This document shows, one piece after another, positions 20,531 to 26,936 of a stretch of 26,936 bases of DNA. How positions within the stretch are numbered: the first letter of the stretch is position 1; each line of letters starts with the position of its first letter. This DNA is from Chiloscyllium plagiosum (Eukaryota): NCBI RefSeq assembly GCF_004010195.1, contig NC_057720.1:7136196-7163131 (forward strand), given 5' to 3'. A model generated the notes under the pieces. That model was not told the DNA's origin. It saw nothing but the letters and a program-made list of their open reading frames with translations, and ran no database searches. Made by a program: the position numbers and the translations under genes.

Positions 20531-21008
20531 CAATCACTTGTCCTCGCTTTTTGCCTATTCCTCTGCAGCGAAATGTCTTCCTTCAGCTGAATTTGCTTTC
20601 TCAATGATCCCCCCACCCTTGGACGAACAGCCCAGATCCCTCGCCATTCAATCATCCTCCACCTCACCCCAGTTCCTGTCCTTCACGTACAACCTTGGAG
20701 AATCTGCATGGAGATTGTTGAACCATGTGAGGCATTACAGCCAAATAGTGATCTTCTCTTCACTAGCCATTTCCAGACAGCAATCCAGAGGGGATACCTT
20801 GGGTGATCAGCAATGAGAGGGTGACAAAGTCAGACCCTCTTCCTCAGCGGCTGTGTTTGATGCCAGGACGTCAAGCGCGAACCACAAAGCCATTTTGCCG
20901 GGTCTTAATTGCTTCTTAGCAAAGCAGAAACACACAGACTACTCCCTTGCTCTGAAGTTGTTGCTTGGCTCAACATTGCAAGCTTGACATTTTAATAGCT
21001 TTTCTTCT

Positions 21009-21022
21009 GTTACCGTGGCAAC
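21009..21022. promoter_or_regulatory. Candidate RFX X-box
   Basis: GTTACCGTGGCAAC fits the GTNRCC-N0-3-RGYAAC consensus and lies in non-repetitive sequence. Confidence 0.45.
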
Positions 21023-21892
21023 CTGCTTGTTGCTAGCCAGGCTAATTTCCCCGCATTATCTATTGACTAGGACTGGCGGACTGATAATCCACCAGACATA
21101 GAAGTCTGCTCCCATTGGTTCTAATCATTGCAACTGCAATAGAATCCTTCAACCAGAACATGAACCATCTTAATTTGTCCGCTTTTCAAAGGCCGAGTAT
21201 AAAAGGGCGACTGATGTCGCACTTATTTCTGCATGGTTGGTACTGTCATCCTGCCACTATCAGACATCTCAAACACCAGAAATAAATGGAGCCTTCAACA
21301 CATGTCTATGCTTTTTATTAAAAGGGCTTCTTCCCTCCAATGTTAGCACCAGAGTTCCACATTGAAGCAGAGGCTGATGTTTTACATCATATCAATCCCT
21401 TCAAACAACCCACTCCTTCTTTCTTGCTGTTCTCCTGAAAGCCCTTGTAAGTTGCCCTTTGATTAAAAAACACAACCCATCTTTTCAGGCAGGGAACTTT
21501 ATTTTTTTGACTTTCAGAGCAGTTAAAGTGCAGAAAAAAAATGCCATCAGGAAGTCAAAATAATTGTCACTGAATCAGTTCTGGCCGAGCAAGGTTGGAC
21601 TTATTAAAGCTATCATAAAGTATTATACAGTCTGTATTTCAAACTCTCTTGAGCTAATTAGCAGATCTTTACTACAATAAAGTTACATTGAGAGCGTAGA
21701 CTAAGCTGCCAACTAAGCTGATAATATGCAATATTATCTCTTTAGTGGGTCATAGTTGAAGCATAATGGCTTGCCGATTTACAACAGAGCTGAGGAAACC
21801 CTTGCTCCCTAACAGAGTCTTTGGAATTTCCTTCCTCAAAAGGCATTTGATGCAGAATCTTTAAATATTCTGAAGTCAGAGGGAGATAGATT

Positions 21893-22903
21893 AGAGTCAT
21901 AAAGTCACAGAGATGTACAGCATGGAAACAGACCCTTCGGTCCAACCCATCCATGCCGACCAGATATCCCAACCCAATCTAGTCCCACCTGCTAGCACCT
22001 GGCCCTTATCCCTCCAAACCCTTCCTATTCATTTACCTATCCAGATGCCTTTTAAATTTTGCAATTGTACCAGCCTTTACCACCTCCTCTGGTAGCTCAT
22101 TCCGTACAAGCACCACTCTCTGTGTGAAAAAGTTGCCCCTTAGGTTTCTTTTATATCTTTCCCTTCTCACCCTAAACCTGTGCCCTCTAGTTCTGGACTC
22201 CCCCACCCGAGTGAAAAGACCTTACCTATGTACCCGATCCATGCCCCTTATGATTTTGTAAACCTCTATCATGTCACCCCTCAGCTTCCGATTCTCCAGG
22301 GAAAACAGTCCCAGCCTGTTCAGCCTCTCCCTCTCGCTCAAATCCTCCAACCTTGGCAACATCCTTATGAATCTTTTCTGAACCCTTTCAGGTTTTACAA
22401 CATCTTTCTGATAGGAAGGAGACCAGAATGGCAAGCAATATTCCAAATGTGGCCTAACCTATGTCCTCTACAGCCACAACATGGCCTCCGAACTCCTGTA
22501 CTCAATACTCTGACTAATAAAGGCAAGCATACCAAACATCTTCTTCACTATCCTATCTACCTGAGGCTCTACTTTCAAGGAACTATGAACCTACACTCCA
22601 AGGTCTCTTTGTTCAGCAACACTCCCCAGGATATTATGATTAAGTGAATATGTCCTGCTCTAACTTGCTTTTCCAAAATGCAGCACCTCGCATTTATCTC
22701 AATTAAACTCCATCTGCCACTCCTCAGCCCATTGACCCATCCTGTTGTAATCTGAGGTAACCCTCTTCACTGTCCACTACACCTCCAATTTTGGTGTCAT
22801 CTACAAACTTACTAACTGTACCTCCAATGTTCACATCCAAACTATTTATATAAATAATGAAAAGTGGTGGATCCAGCACCGATCCTTGTGGCACTCCACT
22901 GGC
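21893..22903 (-). mobile_element. CR1/HER1-type LINE, about 1 kb 3' portion with RT core
   Basis: SGVPQGSVLDPPLFIIYINSLD...SKFVDDTKIGG (ORF 22724-23257) and EYCLPFWSPSYQKD...RLGLFSLENRKLRGD (ORF 22222-22446), with an 8-nt repeat tail. Confidence 0.9.
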
Positions 22904-23039
22904 CTCATGCCTCCAGTCTGATTCTTGATGACTTAACGGGGATGAAAGATTATTGGGGATATGCAGAAATGAAAATTCGAAGTTAAAATTATCATTGACC
23001 TTTACGAATGGTGAGTTTGAAGGGCTAAGTGGCCACTCT

Positions 23040-23288
23040 TCACAGAACAGTGGGGAAGCATGCCATTTGCCCCGTTGAGTCCACACCAACCTCTGAAGAG
23101 CCACCCAGACCCACCCCATCCCTGCATTTCCCATGGCCAATCCACCAAACCTGCACATCTTTGGGAGGAACGAATGCAGATATGAGAAGAATGTGCCACC
23201 TGACGGTGGCAGACAGCCACCTGACGGTGGAATCGAACCTGGGTCCCCTGGCATCATGAGGCAGCAGTGCTAACCACCAAGGTGCCAC
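23040..23288 (-). mobile_element. HE1-type SINE with an internal 13-bp duplication
   Basis: HE1 head gaggcagcagtgctaaccac. cacctgacggtgg occurs twice near 23197-23230. Confidence 0.75.
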
Positions 23289-23357
23289 TCTTGTCCCTTG
23301 TCAGTACGAACTTAGCACTCTGTCTTAGATTGGTGTGCTGGTATATTCAAAAAAGCC

Positions 23358-23480
23358 ATGATGAGGAGGTGCCAGTGTTGGATTGGGGTGGACAAAGTTA
23401 AAAAGTCACATGACACCACGTTATAGTCCACCAGGTTTATTTGGAAGCACTAGCTTTTGAAGCGCTGCTCCTTCGTTAGG
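23358..23480 (-). mobile_element. Second Penelope-terminus-like family copy with a decayed hammerhead-like core
   Basis: Homologous to 6512-6625. Minus strand reads CTAACGA-A-GGAGC-AGC-GCTTC-AAAA-GCTA. Confidence 0.6.
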
Positions 23481-23609
23481 GCCAATTTCTGATGTTCTCC
23501 TTCAAAATGTCAGAAGTGAGAATGTGAAATTGTTGGGATGAATCGATGAAGTTTGCCAATGTCAAAGTAAAATTGCAATTGAGTCTGTGTAACTCTCAGG
23601 TTCAGTCCA

Positions 23610-23975
23610 AAAATAGCGTACTGAGCTCGTGGTTGTGACATGGCCTGGATAGTTAATCCCAAAACAGGAGTTCAAATCTCAACAAGCAACTTTATATTTA
23701 AGGAATCGAATAAATGAGGAATCAGAAATCTGAAACCCACAACCAAGTAACAACACAATTGTCATCAATCTCCAATCGATTCTGCAGAGATGCTGTTCTC
23801 ACCTGGTCCGACCCATGGGTCACTCCAGATCTACCACAACGTGACTTATGCGACAAGCTCCTCTGAAATGTCCTAGCAAGATGCTCAATGGTCAAGAGAT
23901 TAGTTCACCACCTCCTTCTCAGGGATAATAAATACTGCCTTTGCAAGTGATGTCCACAACCTCATGAGTGAATAG
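23610..23975 (+). mobile_element. Diverged SacSINE1-like SINE
   Basis: gagttcaaatctc...cactccagatctaccacaac...aataaatactgcctt...catgagtgaat. Confidence 0.55.
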
Positions 23976-23979
23976 CAAC

Positions 23980-24170
23980 AGCCACCATAGTGTCACTCTC
24001 TCATCAGGCAAAGGGTGAGAGACAATCCTTTGAGTTTCATCAAAGGATTACCACACCTCAAGCCAGGCTGTGAAGATGGGACCTCAGTCCATACCCACGT
24101 GAGAATTAATCCCGTGCTGTTAGCATTGCTGTATTGCAAACCAACCGTCCAGCCAACCGAGCTAACCAAC
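23980..24170 (-). mobile_element. Third tRNA-derived SINE family copy
   Basis: gccaccatag...gctgttagcattgctgtattgcaaaccaaccgtccagccaaccgagctaacc. Confidence 0.6.
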
Positions 24171-25065
24171 AATCTCAGCACGCATCCTGCAGAAGATGGA
24201 CATTTTGAAGTCAAAGTCATTTCAATCCCTATCTCCCTGCACCGTCATTTCTTATTATGCACTCGCCAGAGGAATGATCATCTGAGGTGTCTGATTTTCA
24301 GCTATCTGATTAATAATCTCGTACACTTAGTAAACAAGAAATCTATTCTCCCCTGAGACAACAGCAGAGGGCAAATCCATGAAGAAAGCTGAATTTCAAT
24401 GACACATTTTATACACAGTAATTAATCAAAAATGCAATAAAAACTATCTTGCAATATCTTGCAAATGTTTCTAATCATCCTGGTCCTTTCTATCACTGTA
24501 TTAACTGAACAGAATAGCTTGATTTAGATAATTAGCTTGAATTCCAGGGAAAAATAATATTTTAACTCGTCGACAAGCTTTTTTAAAAAAATTATAATGC
24601 CTGAAATTACCTATGAGAGAAATGAGACCTGAACCTGAAACTGGATTGAAAGGGTCCGACATTAAGAGATCATTCTGTCACAAGAATCATTTAAAGGCTA
24701 ACATCCAAACACAATTTTCAATTTTTGGATTGCACTCCATATTCTCCACATTTAGAAAAATGTACTTGCACAGTTTACAGATAAAGACAGTGCAATGTGC
24801 TTCCATAAAATTATTCCAAACTTCCACAACCTTGTTGTTCTCCCCATTCAGCGGCAGCCACAGTCTTTCAGTATCCGTGATGGTTCAGTGGCAATTTGCA
24901 TCAAATTCGTATTGATTTGAGCCATTTGAGCCATATTTATTTGCACATAAGAACAGGACGTTTCCATTCAGTCCTTCAAACCAGTCCATGTTATAGGTGA
25001 GACTGCAGGCCAATCTGTGCCTTAGCTCCAGTTTTTCAAATTCTCAAATGGCTTACTTGCCTAAA

Positions 25066-25360
25066 ATGGTGGCCCAGTGATTAGCACTGCGGCCTCACAG
25101 CATCAGGGACCCAGGTTTGATTCCAGCCTCAGGTGACTGTCTGTGTTGAGTTTGCACATTCTCCCTGTGTCTGTGTGAGTTTCCTCCCACAGTCCAAAGA
25201 TGTGTAGATTAGGGTGGATTGGCTGTGCTAAATTGTCCATAGCACCCAGGGATGTGCAGGCAAATTAGATTGACCATGGAAATATGCAGGGTTACAGGGA
25301 TTCGGTGGGATACTTTGCGAGAGTGGGTGTGTCTGCTCCCACACTGTAAGGGTTCTATAA
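25066..25360 (+). mobile_element. HE1-type SINE
   Basis: ggtggcccagtgattagcactgcggcctcacagc...gagtttgcacattctccc. Confidence 0.8.
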
Positions 25361-25448
25361 CAGTCTTGGGGGAGGGGGAAAGCAGGTCCACATTTCCACA
25401 AGTCTCCTACCCTTCCATTCCCACCTCCTTTGAGGGTTTACAGGTTGT

Positions 25449-25540
25449 TCTGCAGATGCTGGAGATCAGAGCTGAAAATGTTTTGCTGGAAAAGCGCAGC
25501 AGGTCAGACAGCATCCAGGGAACAGGAGAATCGACGTTTC
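25449..25540 (-). mobile_element. Penelope-terminus fragment ending inside the hammerhead-like core
   Basis: Near-identical reverse complement of 26000-26091. Confidence 0.75.
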
Positions 25541-25903
25541 ATTAACACGAATTGGCTATAATGTGATTGTTGAATTGTGGATGCTGTTTGGATAACATAA
25601 ACTTTCTACTGAATGGGTATGGGGATTTTCTGTAGCAGAGGAGCACAACTGCCATGTTATACCAGAGAGACCTGTACTCAAAAATGGCCGAACCCGTCCA
25701 TCTGATCACAAGTTCCCCTTCCAGTGTGAGGAAGTTTCCTGCAAATTTATGGGATGGAGTGGGAGATTGGCACAAGGTAATGTCTGAACAACTGCACAGA
25801 TACAAAAAGCCCCCTTCTTGTGCTGTAAAACTTCTGGCATTCTGACCTTTGTATTGGATTTATTCCTGACAGTTGTATGCTGGTCACCCTTTGATTTGGA
25901 CTG

Positions 25904-26102
25904 AAAATGTGTTGCTGGAAAAGCGCAGCAGGTCAGGCAGCATCCAGGGAACAGGAGGATCGACGTTTCTGGCATAACCCCTTCTTCAGGCTTATGCCTG
26001 AAACGTCGATTCTCCTGTTCCCTGGATGCTCCTGGACCTGCTGCGCTTTTCCAGCAAAACATTTTCAGCTCTGATCTCCAGCATCTGCAGACCTCACTTT
26101 CT
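25904..26102. mobile_element. Fold-back Penelope-terminus insert; 16-bp flanking direct repeat
   Basis: cctttgatttggactg at 25888-25903 and 26103-26118. Arms at about 25901-25977 and 25992-26068. Confidence 0.8.
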
Positions 26103-26574
26103 CCTTTGATTTGGACTGCCCTACCAGGAGAACAATCTTCTCTACTCAAGATCAGCAAAGTATATCATAGACAATAGACAATAGGTGCAGGAGTAGGCCA
26201 TTCTGCCCCTCGAGCCTGCACCACCATTCAATATGATCATGGCTGATCATGACAAACAAATAAACTGCAACACCGACAATGAGAAGCAGAACACCTTGCG
26301 CACTGTGAAAACCAGAACAAATGTCAATAAATGTTGGAAAATGGAGCAGATTAGTCATCAGGTAAGTTCAACTGACCATTTCAGGGTACGTCTCCTGAAG
26401 ACCAGCTTAGATCTTGGTAGAAATCAAGGTAATGGACAAATCTATTAACTTTTCACTCAGAACCACCAGCACACCTCATTTTACCCTCCATTCTTCACTG
26501 TGTTTATCCCTACTGTGATTATTCAGGAAACCCGTTCGTTCTTCAATGTCTGGGTTTCTGTTTTTTTTGTACCA

Positions 26575-26731
26575 TATGAAATCGGAGAAGAAACAGGCCA
26601 TTGAGCCCATCAAGTGTGTTCTGACATCCAATGAAATTATCCTCAACCCTACTTTCCTGCCTTGCCCCAGAACCCTTCATTCCCTTACTGATTAAAAATC
26701 TGTCTCTCTCAGCCTTGACATACTTATCAAT
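26575..26731 (-). mobile_element. CR1-type LINE 3' fragment
   Basis: ggagaagaaacaggccattgagccc...cccttactgattaaaaatctgtctctctcagccttga. Confidence 0.65.
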
Positions 26732-26936
26732 CCCACAGCTTCCAACCTCATAGTCCGGGAACCCCGCACTGCCCGGTTCTACCTCCTTCCCAAGATCCAC
26801 AAGCCTGACCACCCTGGCCGACCCATTGTCTCAGCATGCTCCTACCCCACTGAACTCATCTCTACCGACCTCGACACTGTCCTATCCCCCCTAGTCCAGG
26901 AACTCCCCACATACGTCCGAGACACCACCCACGCCC
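26732..26936 (+). mobile_element. Penelope-like reverse transcriptase, 5'-truncated, running off the window
   Basis: Hand translation [68 protein letters not shown], containing the PLE RT motifs FYxLPKIHK and RPIVS. No stops. Confidence 0.88.

Noticed and set aside
22180..23288. Longest ORFs in the track (155 aa, 177 aa) as host genes
   Set aside because: They are antisense or chimeric read-throughs of CR1 and HE1 repeats.
14150..26936. Olfactomedin-domain exon of ADGRL2
   Set aside because: No long minus-strand frame with olfactomedin-like sequence was found, so it must lie beyond the right edge.

Overview
Vertebrate genomic DNA. The repeat content (HE1-type SINEs, CR1/HER1-type LINE pieces, Penelope-like termini) points to a shark or other elasmobranch. 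The window lies inside a minus-strand latrophilin gene, best matching ADGRL2 (LPHN2). Four coding exons can be read with canonical AG/GT ends and consistent phases: 14085-13786, 5823-5720, 3195-3010 and 2793-2755. They encode the Ser/Thr/Pro linker, the hormone-binding (HormR) domain and the start of the GAIN domain. The olfactomedin exon and later GAIN exons lie outside the window. The rest is intron densely filled with retroelements. The most unusual signal is a set of short Penelope-terminus-derived inserts from two families. They carry minimal hammerhead-ribozyme-like cores (CUGAUGA-stem-GAAA plus a palindromic ACGU or AGCU). Several are folded back into hairpins and/or flanked by 11-19 bp target-site duplications. 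Family and gene names come from my recognition of the sequence, not a database search, and repeat boundaries are approximate.
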